Assembly (NCBI GenBank): GCA_963847705.1 | Contig: CAWKBC010000007.1 | Span: forward strand, 32,001-96,000 | Direction: 5' to 3' | From: an uncultured Pseudomonadota bacterium | GTDB lineage: Bacteria; Myxococcota_A; Polyangia; Fen-1088 | Length of the DNA stretch: 64,000 nt | Part shown: positions 27,131 through 38,769 of the stretch, piece after piece | How positions within the stretch are numbered: the stretch's first letter is position 1 | How the letters are laid out: every line of letters begins with the position of its first letter | Program-made: the position numbers and the translations under genes | Notes under the pieces: generated by a model | The model's input: only the letters and a program-made list of their open reading frames with translations | Told to the model about the DNA's origin: nothing | Databases searched by the model: none

Positions 27131-29479
27131 ATGATGGAGCGCGTGCGCGCGGCGCTGAGCCGCGTTCCCACCTGGGCCTGGGCGCTGGCGTTCGCGCTGG
27201 CGCTCTGCCTGCCGCGGCTGGGGGCGTCCGGCTTTTGGGATCCGTCGGAGCTGAAGCTGGCCGAGCAGGCGCGCGACATCGCCCGCTCGGACAGCCTGCT
27301 CGATCCGACGGTCGCCGGAAAATACCCGGCGCGCCCACCGCTCGATCTGTCGCTGGCCGCGCTCGGCATCCGGCTGTTCGGCGCCAGCGAGCTCGGCGCG
27401 CGTCTCTTCTTCGCGCTCTGCGCGATCGGGGCGCTGATGGCGATCTACTGGGCTGGCGGGGGCCTGCTGCGCAAGCGCGCCGGTTTGCTGGCGACGCTGG
27501 CGCTCGGCACGACGCCGCTCTTCGTGCTGGAGGCGCGTCAGCTCACCTCCGACGCGCCTCTCATCGCCGCGCTGGCGCTGGTGCTGGGTGCGCTCGGCCG
27601 CTACGCCTGGCCGCCCGACGGTCGCCGCCGCGTGCGCGATCTGCTGCTCGGCCTCCTCGGCCTCGTCGTCGGCGCCCTGGCCGGAGGCGCGATGTCGGGC
27701 GTGGTGCTGCCGCTCCTGGCGCTGACCACCGCGCTGGCGATCGGACAGGGGCTGATGCCGATCGCCACCGCCGCCGTCGAGGACGGAACCGGTCCCCTGG
27801 CCGAGGCGGGGATCGGTCCCGACATCGAGGCCGAGCGTTCGTTCGGGGCCAGCACCTGGCGCCCCTCTGCGCGCGGTTTCTGGGCCTTCGCGCTCCTCAC
27901 CGTGGCGGCCGCCGTGCTGCTGGCCGTCGGCCTCGGCCACATCGTGGCCGGCAAGTATTCGTGGCTGGTGGGCGGTGTCCCGCGCAGCGGCGCGCCGGCC
28001 CACAGCTTCGAGACCCTGGTCCGCGAGCTCGGCTTCGGGCTCTTCCCCTGGAGCGCGGTGGCGGTGTTCGCGCTGGCGCGGCCGCTCATTCGGCTCGACG
28101 CCGACGGCAGCTCCGGGCCGCGCGGCAACCCGCGCCTGGCGTTCGTCGAGCTCTACCTGCTGCTCTTCGCCGGCATGGGCTATGCGCTCTCCAGCTACCG
28201 CGACATCGTGCTCGGTCAGGCCCGCTACGAGGCGCTCCCCGCCATCGCGCTGGCGATCGGGGCCTTCCTCGACGAGGCGCTGGAGGGGCTGCGCCCCGAG
28301 CCGGTGGCCGGCCTGCTGATGGCGACCGGGACCATGGTGGTCGCCCGCGACTTCTACCTGTCGCCCGAGGATCTGGCCTCCGTTCATCTGTTCGACAAGG
28401 TCCACTGGCCGGCGAACATCGCGATCGGGAACTTGATCCTCGGGGTCGGCCTGCTCGCGGCGCTGGGCGTCTACGCCGGTCTGGCGGCCCGCCCGCGCGC
28501 CCTCGGCCACGTCGCCCCCGGCGAGTCGGGCGCGGCGCCGAGCGCAACGTCGCCGAGCAGGTTCCGCCAGGCCCTCACGCGCGCCTTCACCGCCGTCGGC
28601 CGCTACGGTCTGCAGGGGGCCGTCGTCTGCGCGCTGTTCTTCGCCTTCTACCTTTCCCAGCTGGTCGTCCCGGCGCTGTCGACCCACCTTTCGTTCAAGC
28701 CGGTGCTGGAGTCGTACGCCAAGTTCGCCAAGCACGGCGAGAAGATCGGCCGCTACCGCGTCGAGGGGCACGGCTCGACTTTCTACAGCCAGGAGACGCT
28801 GATCGATCTGCCCACGCAGGATCGGGTGGTCGCCTTCGTGCGCGATCCGCAGCGGGTCTTCGCGCTGGTGGCCGCTTCCGAGCTGGCGCCGCTCGACTCG
28901 GCCTTCAAGCAGGCGCAGGTGCCCTACTACGTCGTCGACGGATCGTCGTCGCGCTTCCTGCTGCTCACCAACCAGCTCGATCCGGGTCAGAACGATCAGA
29001 ACCCGCTGCTCAAGGACGTCTGGTTCCCGCCGCCCGGCGCAGCGGCCGACGCCAAGCCCCCCTGGAGCTGGCGCGTCCCCATCTCGGCGACCTTCGAGAA
29101 CGCCATCCAGTTGGTTGGCGCCGACTTCCCCGCCGAGGTCCGGCGCCCGGGCAAGATCCCGCTCGACCTCATCTTCAAGGTCAAAGCCAAGCCGCCCGGC
29201 GGCTACAAGATCTTCGTCCACTTCGACGGCCCGGCGGCGCCGCGGGTGATCGGTGACCACGATCCGGTGAACCACGCGTTCGGCACCACCTACTGGCTCC
29301 CCGGCGAGTTCGTGCGCGATCACTCCGAGACGGACGTCCCGCTCATGACCACGCCGGCTGGCACGTACACCGTCTACATGGGCTTCTGGCCGGGCGGCGA
29401 GGGGAAGCGGCTCAAGATCACCGACGGCCCGAACGACGGCCAGGATCGCGTTCGCCTGGGCACCCTGGAGATCAAGTAG
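27131..29479 (+). CDS. Glycosyltransferase family 39 (ArnT/PMT-like, GT-C) with C-terminal soluble domain
   Basis: GFWDPSE, PPL, SELGARL motifs; many TM helices; C-terminal YKIFVHFD..DHDP..WLPGE..D domain. Confidence 0.8.
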   Translation: MMERVRAALSRVPTWAWALAFALALCLPRLGASGFWDPSELKLAEQARDIARSDSLLDPTVAGKYPARPPLDLSLAALGIRLFGASELGARLFFALCAIGALMAIYWAGGGLLRKRAGLLATLALGTTPLFVLEARQLTSDAPLIAALALVLGALGRYAWPPDGRRRVRDLLLGLLGLVVGALAGGAMSGVVLPLLALTTALAIGQGLMPIATAAVEDGTGPLAEAGIGPDIEAERSFGASTWRPSARGFWAFALLTVAAAVLLAVGLGHIVAGKYSWLVGGVPRSGAPAHSFETLVRELGFGLFPWSAVAVFALARPLIRLDADGSSGPRGNPRLAFVELYLLLFAGMGYALSSYRDIVLGQARYEALPAIALAIGAFLDEALEGLRPEPVAGLLMATGTMVVARDFYLSPEDLASVHLFDKVHWPANIAIGNLILGVGLLAALGVYAGLAARPRALGHVAPGESGAAPSATSPSRFRQALTRAFTAVGRYGLQGAVVCALFFAFYLSQLVVPALSTHLSFKPVLESYAKFAKHGEKIGRYRVEGHGSTFYSQETLIDLPTQDRVVAFVRDPQRVFALVAASELAPLDSAFKQAQVPYYVVDGSSSRFLLLTNQLDPGQNDQNPLLKDVWFPPPGAAADAKPPWSWRVPISATFENAIQLVGADFPAEVRRPGKIPLDLIFKVKAKPPGGYKIFVHFDGPAAPRVIGDHDPVNHAFGTTYWLPGEFVRDHSETDVPLMTTPAGTYTVYMGFWPGGEGKRLKITDGPNDGQDRVRLGTLEIK

Positions 29480-29557
29480 TGCGTGAGCCTCGACGGGGTC
29501 TGCCCTGCGAGGCTCGTCGCGGGGGATCAAAAGGACCCTTTGAGGGTCCCTTTTTAA
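29480..29557. repeat. REP-like element, variant copy in reverse orientation
   Basis: TCGTCGCGGGGGATCAAAAGGACCCT-TTG-AGGGTCCCTTTTTAA. Confidence 0.7.
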
Positions 29558-29574
29558 GTAGACTGGAGCGTGGG

Positions 29575-30009
29575 ATGACGCGGCGAGGGAAAGATCGGCG
29601 AAGGCGCGAGGTCACGGTTCCATCCGATCGCCGCGGCAGCGGCCCGGACCGCCGCGTCCACACACGCGTCACCGTCGACATCGAGGTCGACTACAAGAGC
29701 GCCGACAACTTTCTCTTCGCGTACATCACCGACATCAGCGCGATGGGGATCTTCATCCGCACCAACGCGCCCGAGGCGCCGGGGACGAAGCTCAATCTCA
29801 GCTTCGCGCCGCAGGGGGGCCCGCGCCTCAATCTCGAGGGGCGCGTGATGTGGGTGAATCCGTTCCGGCCTGGGAGCTACGACAACATCAACCCCGGAAT
29901 GGGCGTGCAGTTCGTCGATCTGTCGGCCGAGCAGCGCGAGCAGATCGTCAACCTGGTCCGCACCTTCGCCTACCTCTCGGACGACGAAGAGCCCAAAGGC
30001 AACAGCTGA
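29575..30009 (+). CDS. PilZ-domain protein (myxobacterial TIGR02266 type)
   Basis: RRVHTR (RxxxR), DISAMGIFI (DxSxxG), GRVMW, PGMGVQF. Confidence 0.9.
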   Translation: MTRRGKDRRRREVTVPSDRRGSGPDRRVHTRVTVDIEVDYKSADNFLFAYITDISAMGIFIRTNAPEAPGTKLNLSFAPQGGPRLNLEGRVMWVNPFRPGSYDNINPGMGVQFVDLSAEQREQIVNLVRTFAYLSDDEEPKGNS

Positions 30010-30137
30010 GAGCGGCTCCGCCTTCGCGGAAGGGGCTTTCGCCCCTCCCGCGGGGCCCCCGACGAGAGCCGCACCCGGATCTCCTCGACGAGCGTCTTCT
30101 CAGGCGGGCAAGGCCCGCCTCCGATTCCGAACCTGGG

Positions 30138-31532
30138 CTACTCCAGGGCAGTCAGCAGGGTCGAGAAGTATGACGTCAGGCTGTCCCAGGGGTTCGGCAG
30201 GTCGTCGTTGGTCAAGTAGATGTACTGGACGTACTGCCGCGCCTGCTGGACGAACGTCGTGTTCATCGCCGAGACGGCGTAGGGGATGACGCCGAAGTTC
30301 GAGGGCGGATAGCTCGACCACTGGGCCAGGCTGGAGATCGAGGGGACCCCGTTGCTCTCGTAGATCAGCATGGTGTCGAGCGCCCCGATGTAGGCCGCCG
30401 GAACGTCGGTCCCGGGGTTGCCGACGGTGTAGTTGAGCCCGATGCTCTTCGCGTACTGCGACAGCGTCTGGTAGTGGGCCACGTCGCTGGTGGAGTTCGA
30501 CTGCTCGTCGAAGAAGATCCCCTGGAGCGTCGGGTAGAACGACTTCCACTGGTCCATCTCCGTCTCCATCGAGGCGATGCTGTGGCTGCCGTAGCCGGTG
30601 GCGACGTAGCCGATGACCTCGATGTGCGCGGCCTGGAGCGCGGCGATGCCGCTGGTGTAGCCGCTGTCCTTCGATGACCCCGGCCCGTCGCTGGGATTGA
30701 CGATGGCGACGACGTGGACGGTCGGGTGCGCCACGGCGGCGGTGATGATGGCGTTCCAGGAGGAATCGCTCGGGTCCGTGTAAAGCGGAACAATCGTTCC
30801 CGCCGCGGTCGAGCTGGTCGAGCCCGACCCACCGGTGCCAGTGGATGAGCTGCCGCCCGTGCCGCCGGTCGAGATGACCACGCTGCCACCGGCGCCGCTG
30901 CCACCGGTGGACGTGCCAGTGCTGCCACCAGTGGACGTGCCAGTGCTGCCGCCCGTGGCCGAGCCAGTGCTGCCGCCCGTGGCCGAGCCCGTGCTCCCGC
31001 CCGTGGCCGAGCCCGTGCTCCCGCCCGTGGCCGAGCCGGTGTCGCCACCCGTGCCGTGGCCCGTACTGCCGCCCGTGGACGTGTCGGCACCGCCAGGCGT
31101 GCCGCCGGTTGCCGTCGACGATCCGCCCAACCCGGTTCCGGCCGGCGTCCCGCCGGTCGCTGCTGCTCCGGTCGAGCCGCCGGTCGCGGTTGCGCCACCG
31201 GTCGCGGTCGCGCCGCCGGTCGCGGTCGCGCCGCCGGTCGCGGGCGAGCCGCCGGTCGCGGTCGAACCGCCGGTCGCGGTCGAACCGCCGGTCGCGGTCG
31301 AGCCGCCGATCGGGAGCAACGAGCCGCCCTGTCCGGTCGAACCACCGGTCGCGTGCGAGCCGCCGGTGGCCGAAGCGCCGCCCGTCTCCGTCGTGGAGCC
31401 ACCCGTGCCAGACGACTGCCCCGCCGACCCACCCGTCTCGTCAGAGCCCGAAATGCTACCCGGTTGCGCACATGACCAGACGAACGAAAGGCCACAGAAC
31501 AGGACTGCAGGGACAACTACACGATTGCGCAT
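30138..31532 (-). CDS. Lipoprotein with long GGST/AT linker and C-terminal spherulin-4 (GH135-like) domain
   Basis: FVWSC lipobox; VPLY, IVNPSDGPG, GYVATGY, GIFFDE, GNPGT, YIYLT..LPNPW; GGAGG RBS. Confidence 0.85.
   Translation of the reverse strand: MRNRVVVPAVLFCGLSFVWSCAQPGSISGSDETGGSAGQSSGTGGSTTETGGASATGGSHATGGSTGQGGSLLPIGGSTATGGSTATGGSTATGGSPATGGATATGGATATGGATATGGSTGAAATGGTPAGTGLGGSSTATGGTPGGADTSTGGSTGHGTGGDTGSATGGSTGSATGGSTGSATGGSTGSATGGSTGTSTGGSTGTSTGGSGAGGSVVISTGGTGGSSSTGTGGSGSTSSTAAGTIVPLYTDPSDSSWNAIITAAVAHPTVHVVAIVNPSDGPGSSKDSGYTSGIAALQAAHIEVIGYVATGYGSHSIASMETEMDQWKSFYPTLQGIFFDEQSNSTSDVAHYQTLSQYAKSIGLNYTVGNPGTDVPAAYIGALDTMLIYESNGVPSISSLAQWSSYPPSNFGVIPYAVSAMNTTFVQQARQYVQYIYLTNDDLPNPWDSLTSYFSTLLTALE
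30830..31420 (-). repeat. Coding tandem repeats (18-bp GGSTAT and 24-bp TGGSTGSA units)
   Basis: Repeated gccgccggtcgcggtcg and gccgcccgtggccgagcc units. Confidence 0.85.
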
Positions 31533-31715
31533 CAGCACCTCCGGCTAATCAGTACGGGGCCACACGAACTTCAGACGTGTAGGTTCGATCCCGCCATGTG
31601 CCGGGCTTGGGCTGCGCTCACCGTCGCCTTCGGCGCTCGATAGGCGACCAAGGGCCCGACGACGTGCGGGCCGATAGACGCCCTCCTTGCGCAGGCTGCT
31701 AGACTGCGCAGCCTC

Positions 31716-34640
<2,925 letters not shown>

Positions 34641-34770
34641 GCCGCTCGGCGACGCCGTCCCCGAACGAATGAAACGGCCGGAGGCGCCACGCCGCGCAGC
34701 GGACGCGGCGCCTCCCCCCAGACGATCGCCGATCGGTGGCTGATCGCGGGCTGATCGCTCTACCCGAACG

Positions 34771-36216
34771 CTACCCGCTGGTCCCGCTGGCACCGCCAGC
34801 ACCTGTGCCGCCGGTATAGAAGTAATAGTCGGCAGAGTAGCTGACGCTGGTCTCGGTGCTGACGGTGCTCGCGCCGCAGCCGTCGCTGGGTGCCGCGCCA
34901 CCCGTGGTGTTGAGTCGTTGCACCGAGGTGACGTTCGCGAACACGCCGGCCCCACCCGTCGACGTCGCCTTCAGCAGCAACCAAGGAATCGCGTCGCTGG
35001 CGGGGGAGTTGAGCTGCGCCAGCTTCGTCCCGCCAATCATGCTCCCGTCGGTGGAGGTCCAGGTGGGCCCCACCCCGTGTGTCCCCACCTGCGCGAAGCT
35101 CGCGTCGGAGAGGATCGCGCTCGGCCCCTTCAGCACCCAGGAATAGGTGACGGCCCCGGCGTCTGCGCCGCTGCCCCCGGCCCCGCCTGCCCCGCCGCTG
35201 GCGGTGCAGGTGTAGATCTGCGTGCCGACCCCGTGGTCATGAATGGCGAGCGTGCTCCCGGAGGGAACAGCGATCGCCGCCGGGACGCTGGCGGGTGGCG
35301 TGAGCCAGGCCGCGGCGCCGCCGCCCGTGTAGAAGTAGTACTCGGCCGTGTAGGAGACGCTGGTGTCCGTCCCCGACGTCGAGGCGTCGCAGCCCGTCGC
35401 GGGCGCAGCCCCGCCGCTGGTGTTCACGCGCTGGACGTAGGTGACGTTGCTGAAGACGCCCGTGCCGGTCGTCGACGACGCCCGCAGGAGCAGCCAGGGG
35501 ATCGCGTTCGTGGCCGTCGCCGGCGCGTTGACCTGCTCCACCTTGGTCCCGTTGACGACGCTGCCGTCGCTGGAGGTCCATTCGGGACCAATGCCGTGTG
35601 TCCCGACCTGGACACTGTTGACGTCGTACAGCTTCGCATCCGGCCCCTTGAGCACCCACGAATAGGTGATGGCCCCGGCGTCCGCGCCGCTGCCCGCAGC
35701 GCCGCCTGCGCCGCCGCTCGGTGTGCAGGTGTAGATCTGCACGCCGCTCCCGTGATCGTGGATGGCCAGCGTCGCGCCGAGCGGCACCGCCAGCGCCGGC
35801 GGAACGACCGGGAGTGTCAGCCACGCCGTACCCCCGACGCCACCCCCGCCCGCTCCGCCGGTCGCCCCACCTGTTCCGCCTGTCGCTCCGCCCGCGCCGC
35901 CCGTCGCCCCGCCCGCTCCGCCGGTCGCCCCACCCGCTCCGCCCGTCGCGCCACCTGCTCCGCCGGTCGCCCCACCTGCTCCGCCGGTCGCCCCACCTGC
36001 TCCGCCCGTCGCGCCACCTGCACCGCCGGTCGCGCCGCCCGTTCCGCTGCCGCCCGTCGCCGAGCCTCCGCTCCCTCCGGTCGCCTTCCCGCCCGCTCCT
36101 GAGCCGGCCACCCCGCCGCTGCCACCCGTCGCCATTCCGCCACCGCCCGATCCGCAGCCCGCCGCGAACAACAACGTTGCCGCCATTCCACCTATGGTCG
36201 TCTTTCTGAGTTTCAT
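34771..36216 (-). CDS. Lipoprotein with GGATGGA repeats and two tandem DUF3455 domains
   Basis: FAAGC lipobox; twice G.QIYTC...W...GP...AIPWLLL...VQR.NT.GG.AP...Y.A.YYFY. Confidence 0.85.
   Translation of the reverse strand: MKLRKTTIGGMAATLLFAAGCGSGGGGMATGGSGGVAGSGAGGKATGGSGGSATGGSGTGGATGGAGGATGGAGGATGGAGGATGGAGGATGGAGGATGGAGGATGGAGGATGGTGGATGGAGGGGVGGTAWLTLPVVPPALAVPLGATLAIHDHGSGVQIYTCTPSGGAGGAAGSGADAGAITYSWVLKGPDAKLYDVNSVQVGTHGIGPEWTSSDGSVVNGTKVEQVNAPATATNAIPWLLLRASSTTGTGVFSNVTYVQRVNTSGGAAPATGCDASTSGTDTSVSYTAEYYFYTGGGAAAWLTPPASVPAAIAVPSGSTLAIHDHGVGTQIYTCTASGGAGGAGGSGADAGAVTYSWVLKGPSAILSDASFAQVGTHGVGPTWTSTDGSMIGGTKLAQLNSPASDAIPWLLLKATSTGGAGVFANVTSVQRLNTTGGAAPSDGCGASTVSTETSVSYSADYYFYTGGTGAGGASGTSG
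35850..36060 (-). repeat. Coding 21-bp tandem repeat (GGATGGA)
   Basis: About 8 units of cc(a/g)cctgctccgccggtcgc. Confidence 0.85.
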
Positions 36217-36459
36217 CTCTTCACGCCTCCTCGCGTTGCGAGGGATACGGCGCAAAGGTCAGCGAGTTTCTGCCTCGGATCCGGTTTTTTCGGCGCAATC
36301 CGAACCGAATGGCCTTCAGCCGCGGAGCTGCTTGCGCAACGCCTCGGTGATTCGTGGACCTCAAACGGATCAGCGGGCTGAATTTCTCCTGCGCGTGCAT
36401 CCTCTGCCGGGACGATCGCAAGCGCCTCGGAGGGCAGCTCCAGCTCGCGATCCAGAGGT

Positions 36460-37326
36460 CTACATATCTTCCAGCGTCTTCAGCATCTCCGGCACGAAGT
36501 GCTGCCGGATCTCGATCAACGACGGCTCCTCGACGGGCGGAATGATCCGGATGGTCTCTCCGTCGGGACCGAGGACGCTGCCCTCGACGAGATCCTCACC
36601 GAAGACCATCCGCTGGGGGGGAGGCGCGACGTCCGTCGAGGGCGACGGGGAGACGACGATCTTGGGCACCGGCGTCCGCGGGGGCGCCCCGGCCGGGGCG
36701 CGCGACGCCGCGGCCATCACCCGCGTTCGGGCAAAGTGACGCCCGGCCCGGGGCGCAGCCATCGAGATCTCGGTGAGCGACAGCGTCCGCGCCGGCGTCA
36801 TCCCTGGCACGGCGGCCGCCACGAACACCAGCCCGAGCGCGCTCATCTGCACCCCCGGAAAGACGAAGATCGCGCGCAGCGCCCCCAGCCGCGCGCGCAA
36901 GGTGGCCAGGGCGCGATGAACCCGCGTGCGGGCGGTGATGGCCGGCGCACCAACCCGCAACGCCACCTCCTCGTACGGCAGCTCCGCATGAAACCGCGCC
37001 AGCGCCGCCCGCCGCTGCGCCCGCGGCAAGGCCGCCAGCGCCCGCCGCACCAACCCCCGCCGCTCGCGGCCGAGCAACGCCGACTCCGGATCGATCGGCG
37101 ACGATGGCAGGTCGATCTCGCTCGCCAACTCGTCGCGCCGCCGCTGAACGCGCCAGCGATCGATCGCTGCGTTCCGCCCCACCCGCTCCATCCAGGCCCC
37201 CGGATTCTCCGCCACCGCGCCCCGTTCCAGGGCCGCCACCATCAGGTCCTGTGCCAGATCGTCGCCGTCGCCCCGCCCATGGCGACCCGCAATCTCACGC
37301 GCCTCGCTCCAGAGCTTCCGGTTCAT
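36460..37326 (-). CDS. ECF sigma factor with hydrophobic segment and C-terminal CglF/GltF-like motif
   Basis: GGAGG 8 nt before ATG 37326; DDLAQD, W..RVGRNAAIDRWR, LPRAQR..PYEEVA..TARTRVHRA; C-terminus FGEDLVEG..GPDG..SLIEIRQHFVPEMLKTLEDM. Confidence 0.8.
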   Translation of the reverse strand: MNRKLWSEAREIAGRHGRGDGDDLAQDLMVAALERGAVAENPGAWMERVGRNAAIDRWRVQRRRDELASEIDLPSSPIDPESALLGRERRGLVRRALAALPRAQRRAALARFHAELPYEEVALRVGAPAITARTRVHRALATLRARLGALRAIFVFPGVQMSALGLVFVAAAVPGMTPARTLSLTEISMAAPRAGRHFARTRVMAAASRAPAGAPPRTPVPKIVVSPSPSTDVAPPPQRMVFGEDLVEGSVLGPDGETIRIIPPVEEPSLIEIRQHFVPEMLKTLEDM

Positions 37327-37409
37327 GCTCATCACCTCCAGCAGGATCGACGAGCCACCCGACCAACCGTTCCCTCGAATCGTACATCGGTCGAGCTCGG
37401 CGAAAACCA

Positions 37410-37441
37410 TTGACATAGTGACATAGATAGCTATATCACTA
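37410..37441 (+). promoter_or_regulatory. Promoter (-35 TTGACA) with overlapping 26-bp palindromic operator, likely bound by the adjacent GntR/YtrA regulator
   Basis: TAGTGACATAG-ATAG-CTATATCACTA at 37416-37441; AT-rich island in GC-rich DNA. Confidence 0.75.
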
Positions 37442-37447
37442 GGTCTC

Positions 37448-37864
37448 GTGTTCCTGTCTGTCGACCCAGGCTCCGGCTTCCCCGTTTACCGCCAGATCAT
37501 GGACCAGGTGCGTCGCATGATCGTCGCTGGACGACTGACGCCGGGGGAGAAGCTCCCGTCGATCAGGGAGCTCGCGGCCACGCTGCAGCTCAACCCGCTC
37601 ACGGTCGGAAAGGCCTACACCGAGCTCGAGCGCGGCGGGGTCATCGAGATGCGGCGCGGCCTCGGGATGTATGTCCGCCCGCCCGACGCGCGCGCCGCGA
37701 CCGATGCAGATGACGCACCGGCCACCGTCACGGGCGGCGCACAGCGCTTCGTGCTGGAAGCAGCGCAGGCGGGTCTCAGTCGCGCGGAAGCCCTGAAGGT
37801 CGTCGACGACGCCTGGCAGGAGCTGGTGATTGGTCCCGTGAAGAGCGTTCGGAGGCAACGATGA
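37448..37864 (+). CDS. GntR family regulator, YtrA subfamily
   Basis: PVYRQI, LPSIRELA..L.LNPLTV.KAY.ELE..G...RRG.G; short C-terminus; precedes an ABC ATPase. Confidence 0.92.
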   Translation: MFLSVDPGSGFPVYRQIMDQVRRMIVAGRLTPGEKLPSIRELAATLQLNPLTVGKAYTELERGGVIEMRRGLGMYVRPPDARAATDADDAPATVTGGAQRFVLEAAQAGLSRAEALKVVDDAWQELVIGPVKSVRRQR

Positions 37865-38769
37865 CCGACGTCAGCGCCGCATTTACCAATGTCACCAAGA
37901 GTTTTCGGGGCACGGAAGCGATCCGGGGCCTGACCTTGTCCGTTCCGAAGGGCAGCGTGTTTGGCTTGCTGGGACGAAACGGCGCCGGGAAATCGACGGC
38001 GCTGCGCTGCCTCGTCGGCCTCGAGCGACTGGACGACGGCGAGATCAGGGTTCTCGATCGCGATCCGTTGAAGCTCGACGTTTCGATGCGTCGACGCATC
38101 GGCTACCTCTCGGAAGAAGGCGTGCCGTTTCCCGCCGCGACCGCCGAGCAGATGATCCGACTCTGCGCGCCTCTCTATCCGACCTGGAGCCGTACCCTTG
38201 AGGAGCAGGTGCTTTCGCGGTTCCAGATCGACCCTCGACGCAAGCTTCGGGATCTCTCGCTCGGGCAGCGGCGCGCGGTGGCGCTGCTGCTGGCCGTCTG
38301 TCCGCAACCGGAGCTCTTGATCCTCGATGAGCCCGCGGCCAACCTCGACGCCGTCGTGCGGCGCGAGTTTCTCGAGACGGTCCTCACGCTGGCCGGTGAC
38401 GCCGAGCGCACCGTGATCTTCTCCAGTCACATCTTGAGCGACGTGGAGCGGATCGCCGACCGCGTGGCGATCCTCCACCGAGGACGATTGCTCCTCGAAC
38501 GGCCGCTCGACGAGCTGAAAGAGCAGGTCCGCCGGCTGCGCCTGCTGTTCGACGGCGAGTCGCCCGAGCATCTCGACGTTCCTGGGTTGCTCGCCGTGCG
38601 ACGCGCCCGCCGCGAAATGCTATTGACCGTGATCGGCTACGACCAAGAGGCCATCGGCCGTCTGGCTGACTCTCTTGGCGCACGCGTCGAGGTCCAGGCG
38701 CTCAATCTCGAAGAGCTCTTCATCGATCTGGTCGGGGACGGAGACCGCCCCGACTGGGCGGCGGTGTGA
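37861..38769 (+). CDS. ABC transporter ATP-binding protein (YtrB-like)
   Basis: GRNGAGKST, LSLGQ, LILDEP, SSH. Confidence 0.93.
   Translation: MTDVSAAFTNVTKSFRGTEAIRGLTLSVPKGSVFGLLGRNGAGKSTALRCLVGLERLDDGEIRVLDRDPLKLDVSMRRRIGYLSEEGVPFPAATAEQMIRLCAPLYPTWSRTLEEQVLSRFQIDPRRKLRDLSLGQRRAVALLLAVCPQPELLILDEPAANLDAVVRREFLETVLTLAGDAERTVIFSSHILSDVERIADRVAILHRGRLLLERPLDELKEQVRRLRLLFDGESPEHLDVPGLLAVRRARREMLLTVIGYDQEAIGRLADSLGARVEVQALNLEELFIDLVGDGDRPDWAAV

Noticed and set aside
30830-31420. Regular repeats here and at 35850-36060 and 59810-60075 as possible CRISPR arrays
   Set aside because: Unit lengths are multiples of 3, they are in frame within lipoprotein linkers, have no unique spacers and no cas genes are present.
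31550-31715. GGTTCGATCCC T-loop-like motif, and a possible LexA box, upstream of uvrA
   Set aside because: No cloverleaf can be built and no match to the LexA consensus is visible.
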